Assembly (NCBI GenBank): GCA_965113315.1
Contig: OZ220370.1
Direction: 5' to 3' (one strand)
DNA length: 64,000 nucleotides
Source: Podarcis vaucheri
Lineage: Eukaryota
The stretch's first letter is position 1. Each line of letters opens with the position of its first letter. Made by a program: the position numbers and the translations under genes. Shown here piece after piece: positions 1 through 12,761 of the stretch. The notes beneath the pieces are model-generated. The model did not search any database, was not told where the DNA came from, and saw only the letters and a list, made by a program, of their open reading frames with translations.

Positions 1-2
1 AC

Positions 3-2243
3 CATGGACTGCGCATTGTTTACCCTGTAGGTATGATTCAGTATTTTTCTTTGAATGCCAACAATGGCCATTTGCAGATATCTGAGAGAATAGATAGAGA
101 GGAAATCTGCAGAGAGGCAGAGAAATGTTTGTTGAAGTTTCAGGTTCTTGTTGAAAGCAAACTGAAGCTTTATGGAATTGAAGTGGAAATTACAGATATA
201 AATGATAATGCTCCCCACTTCCCTCTATGGGAACAGGAGCTGGAAATCAGTGAGGCATCTACACCTGGATTCCAGGTTCCTCTTCCTGAAGCTCAAGATC
301 CAGATTTGGGGATAAATTCAGTGCAGAGCTATCAACTCACAGGCAGTAGCCATTTTGCTTTGCATGTGCAAACAGAAGAAAATGGTGTCAGACTTGCTGA
401 ACTTGTGTTGGAAAAGTCACTGGACAGAGAGGAACAATCAGCTTACGATCTGCTCCTCATAGCAACTGATGGAGGTGATCCTATCAGATCTGGCACATTA
501 CAAATTCACATTGTTGTCCTTGATGCAAATGACAATGCACCAGTTTTCAGCCAACCTCTCTATGAAGTGAGTGTGAATGAGAATATTCCCAAGTGGTCCA
601 CACTTTTGACAGTGAGAGCAACTGATATGGATGAAGGAATCAATGGAGACGTTAAATACTTTTTCCAAAAAATCACAAAGAAGGACTCCCAAATGTTTCT
701 GTTAAATTCCACAACAGGTGAAATCATCCTTATTGGGAATCTTGATTATGAGGAATCATCTTTATATGCATTTGAGATACAAGCCAAAGATGGAGGAAGG
801 CTGAGTGACAGATCAAAAGTTGTGTTATCTGTGATGGATCTGAATGACAATGCACCTGAATTATCAGTTAACTTTGCCACCAACACCATACTTGAAAGTT
901 CACCATCCCAAACGGTAATTGCCATTTTAAATGTCCAAGACCGAGATTCAGGAATCAATGGGGAAATCACATGTTCAATCCCTAGCAATCTCCCTTTTCA
1001 GCTAAAGAAGTCCATGGATAACTTTTACAGTTTGGTGACTGATGGTGCCCTTGACAGGGAACAGGTGTCAGTCTTCAATATTACTGTCACTGTTACTGAC
1101 CATGGAGTCCCCCCTCTTTCTGCAGTCACAGTCATCACACTTCATGTTTTAGACACAAATGACAACCCACCCCTCTTTGAAAAAACAGACTATACTTTCT
1201 ATTTTGTTGAGAATAACCAAAGAGGAGCCATGGTCTCTTCTATAAGAGCAAATGATCCAGACTGGGAAGAAAATGCCAGACTAACATATTCCATCACTGA
1301 TGACCAAGGAAGTGACTCCTGCCTCTCCTCCTACCTTTCCATTAACTCTGAGACAGGGGTTATATATGCTCTGAGCTCCTTTGATTATGAAGAGTTTCGA
1401 GACATTCGGTTCCGTGTAAAGGCCCAGGACGGAGGTTCTCCACCACTCAGCTCCAACGTCTCAGTGACTCTCTTCATTCTGGACCAGAATGACAATGCTC
1501 CCCAAATCCTTTACCCTTCCCCTCCCACTGATGGCTCCACAGGGATAGAGCTGGCCCCTCGCTCCTCTGAGCCAGGCTACCTGGTCACTAAGGTGGTGGC
1601 CGTGGATGCAGACTCTGGCCAGAATGCCTGGCTCTCCTACCAGCTGATCAAGGCCACCGAGCCAGGGCTCTTCACTCTGGGGCTCCACACAGGAGAGATC
1701 AGGACAGCCCGCTTCTTTCTGGAGAAAGATGCCCTCAAGCAAAGCCTGGTGGTTTTAGTCAAGGACAATGGGCAGCCACCTCTCTCGGCTTCAGCCACTC
1801 TGACTGTGGTGCTGGCTGACACCATCCCTGCAATCCTCTCAGACCTGAGCAGCATCTCAGCTCCTGTAGATCCTCCGTCTGACCTCACCTTCTACCTGGT
1901 CCTTGCAGTGGCTTTTGTCTCCTGCTTGTTCTTCACTTTCCTCCTTGTGTTACTGGCCATCAAGTTGCACAAGTGGAGAAATTCTCAGCTGCTTGAGACG
2001 GGGAGTGTGAATTTCAGTGGCGCTCCTATCTCACAGTTTGTGGGGATTGACGGAGTCCGAGCATTTCTGCACTCCTACTGCCAGGAGGTTTCTCTGACTT
2101 CAGGCTCTAAGAAAAGCCAATTTAGTATTTCCAAGGCAAATTATTCCAATACTCTGAGCAATCAACAGACTTGTGAGGTAAAGAATCCTATCATATCTGG
2201 TGAAGATTTAAATTTTAATGATGGTGATCCAGTCATAGCCCAG
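3..2243 (+). CDS. PCDHGA: Protocadherin gamma-A-like variable exon A1, 5'-truncated by the window edge
   Basis: The frame is open from nt 3 ([10 protein letters not shown]) into the 33..2252 ORF. It has cadherin Ca-binding motifs (DRE, DINDNAP, DYE, DTNDNPP, DQNDNAP), the gA signatures [28 protein letters not shown] and [16 protein letters not shown], and a TM segment. Donor CAG|GTGAGT at 2243/2244. Symbol is family-level only. Confidence 0.93.
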
Positions 2244-3107
2244 GTGAGTTAATCAGGTTATCTTTTGATTTTATATGAACTTACTCATCTTGGTGAATTT
2301 TACATCTATCTGCTGATCTGCAATTCTATACTGGAGGCTATTATTATAGATAGCACTTTGTTTGATATTTATTAGTAACACCACAGTTGTTTTTTCAGTA
2401 TTTGTGTTTCATGTTATAACACAGACTAATTATTTTACTCAATTACATTTCTTATCTTTACTGTTATATTGCCCAGTAGTAAAATGACTCTCTGATCCTC
2501 ATTGCCAAGTATATATTATGGTATGTAAAAATATAATTGATGCTATGCAGCTTTTTAATGAACATCAATATTATGGGCACCATCCATAGGAGAGATAAGC
2601 ACATGCTTAAGTTCCTTCTCCAGAAATCACTGGGTCTCAGAAATGCTTTTCTTTGGCCGAAATGTACCATATAGTTGTAGGATATTTTGGAATAACGTGT
2701 GCATAGTAAGAATAATCATGAGTTATACTTATACACTTGTTTGACTGATATTCTAGCATCCGCTGAATAGAGAAAAATGAATATAACATACTAACTGAAT
2801 ATTAATTAAGATAGATTATTTAGCGCATTTGTGCAATTAGTTTTAGGCTGAATCTTCTGTCTTTTCCATTAGTAAATGTCATGTGGATTCTCATGTTCTC
2901 TGCCTGGATGGGTAGGGCAGAAGGAAAAACAAAGATGTAAAGTGGCAGAAGAAAACACTCCTATATGCAAGGATTAAAGCGAATCTTCCATATGATGGAC
3001 CTCTACCACTTTCCAAACCTCTAAAAGGATAAGATCAAAGACAGGGAGGTGTGTGGATAGGGAAGACTCTCACATAAGACTAGGCAGAGACAGAGCTGTT
3101 TCTTGTA

Positions 3108-3426
3108 CAGTGGTGCCTCGCAAGACGAAAATAATCTGTTCTGTGATTCTCTTCGTCTAGCGGTTTTTTCGTCTTGCGAAGCAAGCCCATTGACGGATTA
3201 GCGGATTAGCGCCTTTTAGCGGCTTATCTGCTGATCGGATCAGCTGATAAGCGGCTTAGCAGCTTAGAAAGGGGGGGGGGAAACCCAGCAGGAACTCGCA
3301 AGACATTGTCGTCTTGCAAAGCAAGCCCATAGGAGATTCGTTTTGCGAAGCACCTCCAAAACGGAAAACTCTTTCGTCTAGCTAGTTTTCCATCTTGCGA
3401 GGCATTCGTCTTGCGGGGCACCACTG
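3108..3426. mobile_element. Non-autonomous Tc1/mariner-superfamily DNA transposon (MITE), family 1
   Basis: TIR cagtggtgcc(t/c)cgcaagacgaa at both ends, flanked by TA. A second copy lies in the opposite orientation at 23224-23566. Confidence 0.88.
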
Positions 3427-3450
3427 TAATGGCTTTGAAAGGCCAAGCAC

Positions 3451-3631
3451 CAGGGCCGGCCCACCCACGAGGGAAGGTGTGGTGACCACCTTAGGGGGCA
3501 GAGTCCACCAGGGCGGCAGATCCTGATGTCAGTTCCTGACGTCGATCTTCACTCACCCCACCTTCCCTGGTGAGGAGGGGCTGCCATTCTGGGGTCTGAC
3601 TCAGGTGCCAAAATGTACTGGGCCGGCCTTG
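3451..3631. mobile_element. hAT-like MITE
   Basis: Ends cagggccggccc ... gggccggccttg form an imperfect TIR. 8-bp target duplication ccaagcac (3443-3450) / ccaagcag (3632-3639). Confidence 0.7.
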
Positions 3632-4789
3632 CCAAGCAGTGCTTGGCTTTTTGCTACATACAAAACGATTCCTGGAGAAAATATACCAGAACTTTCCTGT
3701 CACTAAATATGGTAATTAATTTCTCTTCTGACAGATAAACCATAATCTCTGCTGTGGAGCCTCTTCTAGAGAATGCTTATTCACTCTTTTTGATCTCCTG
3801 TGTGTATCTGTGGCAGCCTTTATGTTTTAGAAGTGCTGGCAGCGCTCCTCCCCCATTCTTCTGAGGAAAATATTATCTTTCCTGAATACTTTTTCTACTG
3901 CCCTCACAATTAAGCAAGCACCTTCAATCCCTTACTAATCCTCATATTAAACCTTGCTAATAAATAAATAAAAATCCAGTATATATGCAATGCTGGAGCG
4001 CACAGTCCTGATTATATGATTTAAAAAAAGTTCTTAAATGCCATGAATATGAGCTGTTTGTTCCTAGAAACTGGGATGTGTCGTTCCTGTGGTGGGTTTG
4101 TCTGAGATGAAGTAATCCCTAGAAGTTATTTTATCTAGATATTACTGCACAGTAAATGTGGATGGATGTTAAAAACTCACCCAAAGGCAAATATGAACAC
4201 TTTGCAAAGAGGCTAAAGACCTGCCAGTCATTAAGAATTCACTGTATAGTTAACTTACAGTATAATGGTATACATTGGTATAATGTATAATGGTATACTC
4301 AGATGTGCTTAATGGATACAGGATGGCAGACGAGGCTTTGGTTTAGGGTTCTTGTGCCTTTAACAGATGTATGGCAGACAGAAATTCAAGAGGTTGAGCC
4401 TTTCCTAGTATGGAAATACAATTATGGGAAAAGTTTCACCATGACTGTGCTCACTCTAATTTTGTGGTATACCGTGCTCCCCACAGCAGCCATTTTGTAT
4501 TATGCCATGCACCCATGGCAGCCATTTTGTGACTTGCACCCACAGCACTCTCTCAGAATTAAAAAAAGTGACCACTGGTCCAATGGTGTAATTGTAAAAC
4601 AGGCAAACTGTCAGGTTTCTGAGGTGGCAGCAGCTAGAGAGTGAGGAGAGGTGAAGAGCAGGCCCTCAGCCTGGCAGAACCACCTCCCCCGCTTCCTTGC
4701 TGAGGAGAAATGAGCAGGCCTTGGGACTGAGGCTTTATAAAATGATGTGAAGCTGTACTGGTTCCCTGACCACCTGAATTTATATTTTT

Positions 4790-4995
4790 GCCTAGATGAG
4801 GTAACTACCTTACAATACTTCTGGTGGACATGCTGCCATGTGCCTCCCTGCCACAGGGGACATATATCTGAGATATATTTGGCAGGTATTCATGGAAGGG
4901 ATGTGGAACTCCCTGCCTTGGAAAGTCCTCCTGGCCTCCTTCCTGATGGCATTTCACTGCCTGCTGCAGGCCTTTTTATTCCAATAGGCATTAAT
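4790..4995 (+). mobile_element. Degenerate L2-type LINE 3' fragment
   Basis: Translates in part to MWNSLPWKVLLASFLMAFHCLLQAFLF, which resembles the L2 ORF2 C-terminal LWNSLP..FR..LKT.LF motif. Boundaries approximate. Confidence 0.45.
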
Positions 4996-5444
4996 CCTGC
5001 CTTGGAGCTGAATATTCTTGACTATATCCCAAATATAGACATTTTTAAAAAATTCCACACTGACTCCATGGCAGGATTGTTGAAGTGACTACTATTTTAT
5101 CTGCAAAGTCTGAGGTAAATTACCATAGCGTACAGAGTCCAGATTTATTCTTCCAAAAGAACTCTGCCAAATTCTTCTTTACATATTTGGGGGCAAATGA
5201 TAGAAAAAGAAGACAATTTATTTACTGCTGCTGCAATACTACCACTCCAAATTCTAGGATGGATTGAGGGGAGCATCACATGTTCGAAACAAAGGGAAAC
5301 AGAGGTATGAATGACATTTATTCCTTCCTGTATAATATGCAAAGCAGGGCTAGGCACAAGGACCATGGAATGATGGATGATTCTAGCAGGTGAAATTCTT
5401 GCATTGTATCATAGTGGAGACACATGTGTTCTCACCATATATTA

Positions 5445-6015
5445 GAATTATAGAGTTGAAAGTTACCTCAGTAATCATCTAGTCCAACCATCTGCCAGTG
5501 CAGGAAATTCACCATTGCTGATAGTCTCTGTTTAGAACTTCTAATGAAGAAGAGTACACGACTTATGGATGCAGTCTGATCCACTTTCAAGCAGCTCATG
5601 CCTGCAAAAGGTTCTTCCTAATAGTCTAAACACTTTTTCTTGCAATTTGAATTTTTGTTTTGTTTCCCCATTTTGGACACATTCCAGTTTGCCAATATTC
5701 TTCTTAAATTGTGGTGCATGGAAATGGGCACAGTACTCTGGGGGAGGTTGTCTGACCAAAGCAGGATATAAATATACCATTACTTTTCACAAACTGGACG
5801 CAGTATTTATGTTGATGTGAACTAGAACTGCATTAGCCTTTTTAGCTGTTGTGTTGCACTGCTGGCTCATCTTTACCTTGTTATCTGCTAAAACCCTAGA
5901 ATCTTTTCACATGCACAGCTGTCAAGCCAGGTATCACCCATCCTAGATTTGTGCACCTGATTCTTCCTAACTAATGCAGAAATTTAAATTTATCTCTATT
6001 GAAAATTGTTTTGTC
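5445..6015 (-). mobile_element. Old CR1 LINE 3' fragment
   Basis: Starts agaattatagagttgaa...catctagtccaacc (CR1 3' end on the minus strand). Colinear with the young CR1 at 58639-60177. Minus-strand translation includes EYCAHFHAPQFKKNIGKLECVQ. Confidence 0.8.
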
Positions 6016-7529
6016 AAAAACGTCCCCTTTCTGCATCCAGTCATGATCCAAGTATTATTAGCTATTATTAGGCATGAGGGAGCTGCTTTCTATGAGTAGA
6101 CCCTATGCAGTTGGGATCTAAGTGAGAAGCCATGTAGGTTGAGTTTATGCAAGAGGAGTGTGCTCAGTTTATGTGGGTAGGACCTGCGTGATCAGCTCAC
6201 TCATTACGCCCCAGCTGTATAGAGACTGTTTGGAGGAAAGCAGCTCCCAAGCAAGAGGCATGCTATTTAAAAGCCTTCTGAGTCACTTGGTTTTCTTGTG
6301 CTTCGCCAGCTTTCACCACAACTCAAACGGCATCCAGCTAGGCTTCTGTTTCTGATGTTTCAGGTCCCCACTTCAGCAGGAAGTAGAAGAGACACTGGTG
6401 TTTATTATCTTACCTTCTACATGGTGCCTACTTAAAAGCATACCTCATGAGAGGCCATCTGAATACCTGCAGCCTCCAACTACACAGTAAAGTTACCACA
6501 TTTCTAGATATGGGTGCTTATGGAATCACGGGTGGGATTTCAGATACTTGTAGTCACACCTCCCAGTGGCCATGATGTGAGGTATGTTCATTTGAGAATA
6601 TTGTTGGTTAGCTATAAATCAAAGAAGTGACTGAGTTGATGGCCAAAGTCAAACTGAGTTGACTTCAGAGAACAAGCAAGCCTCCAAAAGAAGAGCTGTC
6701 AGTGATAAAATCATAAGAGGATAATGGAATACAACAGCAAACTGGAAGTATCTGGGATAGATTATCGAAATTGTTTCCCCACTTCAATGGAGACTTAAAA
6801 GATTCGGATCTGCTACCTCAGAATGTAATGGGATGAAAACAAAAGTGCCTTCTTGATACCCTTAATACATCTCTTGTTTCAAAACACCAGTTTCAGATTA
6901 TTATGGTACTAAAATGAATAGGAATCCTCATGATGGGCAGAGTGCAAGTCTTGGTTCTTGGACATTTTAGTTCCATTAATCTTGTTCTGATTATTGGCTT
7001 TCACTGAAAAGGCTCTGCAGTTCTACTTACTGGATTTAATGGAAACTTCTCATCTCAAAGTTAGTCAGCCTAAGAGCCCGAGGAACTATCAAATGGGAAC
7101 TGAAGAAAGAGAAGCTGGAGACATGGGATTACTGAAGGAGGTAAAGATGGAGAGGAAAGAGGATGCATGGTTATTTTTCAAGCACAGCCCCGTGGAAGAT
7201 GACTTTCCATGATGCAATCCCCTGCATCTAAGAGCTGCCTGTGACAGACAAAACCACGTGGACAGGGAAGATTATGAACTTTGCACACACAATATGCAAA
7301 TATGGTTCTGTCATTCATAGGCATCCCCCAAGCAAGTCACATCATAGGGGGGAAAATCGCACAAATGTAACTGCATGTGAAGGTCAAATAAAGAATTAAC
7401 TCTGAGAAGGAAATGGGAGAGGGAGGGAAGAATGATTAGAAAGCTGCACATGACAGATCAGCATACATAGATGAGCAGGGCTGAATTGCACATATCATAG
7501 TATAATCACCTGCCAGATCCTTGGTTATA

Positions 7530-7770
7530 CAGTGGTACCTCGAGCTACAAACGCCTCAGGTTACAAACGCTTCAGGTTACAAACTCTGCTAACCTGGAAG
7601 AGTTACCTCGAGTTGAGAACTTTGCCCCAGGATGAGAACGGAAATCGTGTGCCGGCAGTGCAGCGGCAGCAAGAGGCCCCATTAGCGAAAGCACGCCTCT
7701 AGTTAAGAACAGTTTTAATTTAAGAACGGACCTCCAGAACGAATTAAATTCGTAACTGGAGGTACCACTG
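7530..7770. mobile_element. Tc1/mariner-superfamily MITE, family 2
   Basis: TIR cagtggtacctc ... gaggtaccactg, flanked by TA on both sides. Lies ~235 bp upstream of the A2 CSE. Confidence 0.85.
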
Positions 7771-8005
7771 TATGCTTATAATATTCAGTATTCAGGTACA
7801 ACTAAGACTGGGAGTAAACATGAGAACATCTGAGAAAAAAGTACCTATTGTGATCTTTTTAAGGACAAAACTGGCTTATATGAACCATATATCTATTAAT
7901 GAGTTGAACAAAAAGATCAGTCAACTGAAATTTCCTGATAATACCCTAAAGAATAGAAGGAGTTATGGAAGAAAATGTATATTTAGGATTCCAAAATAAG
8001 GCTTC

Positions 8006-8044
8006 TGCAGTTTTGTATTGAGCCTCATGGTGTCGCTGTTCACC
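8006..8044 (+). promoter_or_regulatory. CSE / CTCF site of the A2 promoter, with the canonical CGCT box
   Basis: TGCAG-N12-CCTCATGGTGTCGC-TGTTCACC, i.e. upstream module plus CTCF-like core, ~235 bp before the ATG. Matches the clustered-Pcdh conserved sequence element. Confidence 0.85.
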
Positions 8045-8278
8045 AATAAGGAAAAAAAGTAAAAGATCTAGCCTCACAACCTTAGCTATTACAGTGCAGC
8101 ACACAATAACTGAGGCGAGGCTGAACATGACAGTACAGAAAGCAAAACTGAAGTAAGTTTTGCTTAGAAACAATTTGGCTATTTTGAACTGGGTCTAGGA
8201 GCAGACCAAAGGGAACACCAGAAACCAATCATTAGAGCTTTTGAACAGAACCAGCATTTTTTCTCCTGGTACAAAATC

Positions 8279-10681
8279 ATGGAAGAAACCCACAGACTCG
8301 GGAGTTGCAGAAAAGGAATCCTTCAATGCCTTGTCATGGTGACAATCTGGAAGCTAATTTCTGGGCAGATCCGCTATTCCATTCCTGAGGAGATGCAGAA
8401 AGGCTCTTTTGTGGGGAATGTTGCAAAGGACCTGGGAATGGATGGGAAGCAGCTTTCAGACCATGGACTCCGCATTGTTTCCAGTGTAGGTATGGTTCAG
8501 TATTTTGCTTTGAATGTCAACAATGGCCATTTACAGATTTCTGAGAGAATAGATAGAGAGGAAATCTGTGGAGAGGCAGACAAATGCATATTGAAGTTGC
8601 AGGTTTTTATTGAAAGTAAATTAAAACTTTATGGAATTGAAGTGGAAATTACAGATATAAATGACAATGCTCCTTGGTTTCTACCAAAGGAATGGAAAAT
8701 GAAAATCAGTGAGACATCAACACTCAGAGACAGGTTTCTTCTACCCAAAGCTCAGGATCCAGATCTAGGGATAAATTCTATACAAGATTATCAACTTGCA
8801 GGCAGTCGCCATTTTTCTCTGCATGTGCAGACAGGAGAAAATGGGGCAAGACATGCTGAGCTGGTGCTGGAGAAACTTCTGGACAGGGAAGAGCAGCCAG
8901 ATTATGATCTAATCTTTACAGCTACTGATGGGGGTGATCCAGTGAGATCTGGTACTGCTCAAATTCATGTGATTGTTCTAGATGCAAATGACAATGCACC
9001 GATTTTCACGCAACAGATCTTTGAAGGAAGCATGAATGAAAATATTCCTAAAGGGTCGATAGTGTGCACAGTGAGAGCTACCGATATAGATGAAGGAACC
9101 AATGGAGAGGTAAAATACTCCTTTGAAAAAAACACAGAGAAAAATTCTAAAATGTTTCTGCTGAATTCAACAACAGGAGACATTACCCTTGCAGGAAGCC
9201 TTGATTTTGAAATATCATCTTTATATGAATTTGAGGTGCAAGCCATTGATGGTGGTGGTCTAAGTAACAGATCAAAGGTTGTGATCTTTGTTACAGACTT
9301 AAATGATAACGCACCTGAAATAGCAATAACCTTTGTACTCAACTCTGTGTCTGAGAACACACCAACTGGAACTGTCATTGCCATTTTAAATGTCCAAGAC
9401 AGAGATTCAGGAGTCAATGGGGAGGTTATGTGCTCAATTCCCAATAGCCTTCCTTTCCAACTAAAGAAAACAATGGACAGCTTTTACACTTTAGTGACAG
9501 ACAGAGCCCTTGACAGGGAACAAGTGGCGACCTATGATATCCCTATTACAGCAACTGATAATGGGACTCCGACATTATCAACCTCTGCAATTATTTCACT
9601 GCAGCTGTTAGACACAAATGACAACCCCCCATTCTTTTTACAGTCAGCCTACACCTCTTATCTTCTAGAAAATAATCCAAGAGGAGCCTCAGTCTTTTCC
9701 CTGAAAGCAAGTGATCCAGACTGGGAAGAAAATGCCAGACTAACATATTCCATCACTGATGACCAAGGAAGTGACTCCCGCCTCTCCTCCTACCTCTCCA
9801 TTAACTCTGAGACAGGGGTTATATATGCTCTGAGCTCCTTTGATTATGAAGAGTTTCGAGACATTCGGTTCCATGTAAAGGCCCAGGACGGAGGTTCTCC
9901 ACCGCTCAGCTCCAGCGTCTCAGTGACTCTCTTCATCCTGGACCAGAATGACAATGCTCCCCAAATCCTGTACCCCTCCCCTCCCACTGATGGCTCCACG
10001 GGGATAGAGCTGGCCCCTCGCTCCTCAGAGCCAGGCTACCTGGTCACTAAGGTGGTGGCCGTGGATGCGGACTCTGGCCAGAATGCCTGGCTCTCCTACC
10101 AGCTGATCAAGGCCACTGAGCCAGGGCTCTTCACTCTGGGGCTCCACACGGGAGAGATCAGGACAGCCCGCTTCTTTCTGGAGAAAGATGCCCTCAAGCA
10201 AAGCCTGGTGGTTTTAGTCAAGGACAATGGGCAGCCTCCAATGTCGGCTTCAGCCACTCTGACTGTGGTGCTGGCTGACACCATCCCTGCAATCCTCTCA
10301 GACCTGAGCAGCATCTCAGCTCCCTTGGAGCCTCCGTCTGACCTCACCTTCTACCTGGTCCTTGCAGTGGCTTTTGTCTCCTGCTTGTTCTTCACTTTCC
10401 TCCTTGTGTTACTGGCCATCAAGTTGCACAGGTGGAGAAATTCTCAGCTGCTTGAGACGGGGAGTGTGAATTTCAGTGGCGCTCCTATCTCTCAGTTTGT
10501 GGGGATCGATGGAGTCCGAGCATTTCTGCACTCCTACTGCCAGGAGGTTTCTCTCACTACAGACTCTAGAAAGGTAAATTATTCCAATACTCTGAACAAT
10601 AAAGAGGCTTGTGAGGCAAAGGATCCAATCCTACCTGGTGAAGATTTAAACTTGAACAATGAAGGCTTAATCGTAGTCCAG
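8279..10681 (+). CDS. PCDHGA: Protocadherin gamma-A-like variable exon A2 (801 codons; divergent EC1-EC4)
   Basis: Signal peptide, QIRYSIPEE start of EC1, six cadherin repeats, TM and gA cytoplasmic signature. Donor CAG|GTGAGC at 10681/10682. The unspliced ORF stops at 10699. Confidence 0.94.
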
Positions 10682-12485
10682 GTGAGCAAACAATTTTAGA
10701 TTAACATGATTTTTTTGTTTTGTTTTATTAATATCAGAATATATTTCCCATTTGCCTCTGGTTTCTCATTATATTCAGAACTAAGTCAGTCTTCTTTTTA
10801 TTCCGTTCAGCTCTTCCTTCTTTTAGTCATCACTGGGTATGTGATCCTTCTGTGAAGGAACTTCTTTCATCAAATCTTTATCTTGATGCATTAAGTGACC
10901 GATCTTTGCCTCATTCGTGCTACTTCGGACTGCTGGTGGGGGCTCATAAAACAGAATGCTCCTCTATAAGAAAACATAGTTCCCTACATATTGCAAACAA
11001 TCATGCCTGGGAGACAGTTATTAGCCTAATTTTATTCCTCTCACCTAGTTTTTATGTAGAAGTGTATTTCCCGACCAGTATTGATCATGACTTTAGTATG
11101 TGGGTTCCTGTTTAATTTACGGATGGATTTGATGCATTCTTAATTGTTTTAGCTTTGACTATTGTATTTTGTTTTTATCTCATTTCTGCATGATATTTCC
11201 AAACTTTGGGATGGATAGATAGACAGCTAGTATATCAATAAATGTGAGCAGCCACCTATCTCGGCACTGGCAAGACACAGGTTTACTAGCTCCTTGAGCA
11301 CTAGAAACTAGAGGCCTATGACAAGTCAGTGTCCACTCCAGTCATTCAGGCAGACAAGCTCTTAACCTGGAAGCAAACTGATTCATTTTTATTTTTCTTT
11401 CAAGCAGCTTGTACACTACAAATACCTACTGTGGTCTGCATGGACAAATAGGATAGTCAAACATCTAGTCAGCAAGTAACTTTGATGCACTTGTTTGCAT
11501 GTCAATGGTACTTCATAGGGACTTCTCTGATAGTAAGTAACCCCTTTCCACTACACTCCCTCCAGAAAGCTGATATTGATATTCCCATTGCCAAAGGGTT
11601 TGTTATGTCATTTTCCAAAAGCAGTTATGGTTTTACTTAACCTTTTATTGACTGAGATATTATTGATGTTTGTATATTTTAGAATGATAAGATAAGGAGA
11701 CTTAATTGAGGAGGGGACTCTGGGAATAAAAAAGAAAAAATGCAAGCAATTGTATGTAATATTGGTTGCATTATGCTGCTTATAACTTGGAACCTTCACC
11801 CTGTGTCAGAAAACAACAGCAACACACTAACTTTTTGGGCGGGGGGTGTTTCTACCCCAATGAGATTTTTTAATCACTAATTCAGCAAGGACCCAGTTTT
11901 CTTTGAATTAATTTCAAGCGTAAAATGGGGTTCATCAGTACCATTAGCTAAACCTCCCTGCCATTTCTTCCCCTTTTCAAGTAAAAAAAAAAATCACCTT
12001 TGTGTGGGGTGCTGGTAGTAACTGTCAATGGGCAGAGGTAGGAAAGTCCTAACCTTGAACCAGAAATGATGTTCCTGAGTATGCACAGAAGTGGAATTTC
12101 CTGCCAGAGAGCATGCCAAGTGTATTTCCCTCTGCCTCCTGATCCAATAAAGGAGGCATTGTGTACCCTGACAAGGAATTACACTCCTTAAATGATATAG
12201 AAGACCACAATTTCTTTAGACGGCTCTGGAAACAAACCTTCTGTATCTGATGAGCTCTCCTCACCCACAGGCATCCCCTCCCTACTATTCCTATGGTTTT
12301 TCTTGTTGTTTTTTTTTCCTTTTTAAGAAAGAAACTAAAGCAAAGATGCTGAATGGGAAGCGAAGAAGATGCACACAAGTGATGGAGAAGAAATTTGTTT
12401 CTGATTGCATTTAAAGGTGAACTTATACTACAAGTAATTCCCTACCTTAGAGAAAAATTCTATGTAGAATTATAGAAATAGTAAA

Positions 12486-12524
12486 AGCAGTTCACCGTAT
12501 GGACTCAGAGTGTCACTGTTGGAC
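12486..12524 (+). promoter_or_regulatory. CSE / CTCF site of the B1 promoter (CACT variant)
   Basis: AGCAG-N12-ACTCAGAGTGTCAC-TGTTGGAC, same spacing as the A2 CSE, ~240 bp before the ATG. Confidence 0.78.
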
Positions 12525-12761
12525 AACGTGGGAGCAGCCATGGCTAAGCATTTCTGAGACTCTTGGAGCAATCTCTTTCTCTCTTAACACTTCAGCGGAG
12601 CAGAAAGGAAAAACCTTTATTTTAAAAAACGCTCGAGAAAGGAAAGCTCTCAGTTTTCCAAAGGTCAACTCAAAAGAATAATATTTCTGTTATATCACAT
12701 ACTGGGAGTACTGTTGAGTCTTGAAAACTAAAGTGAAGGGAAGAGGAAATCAGAAACAACA

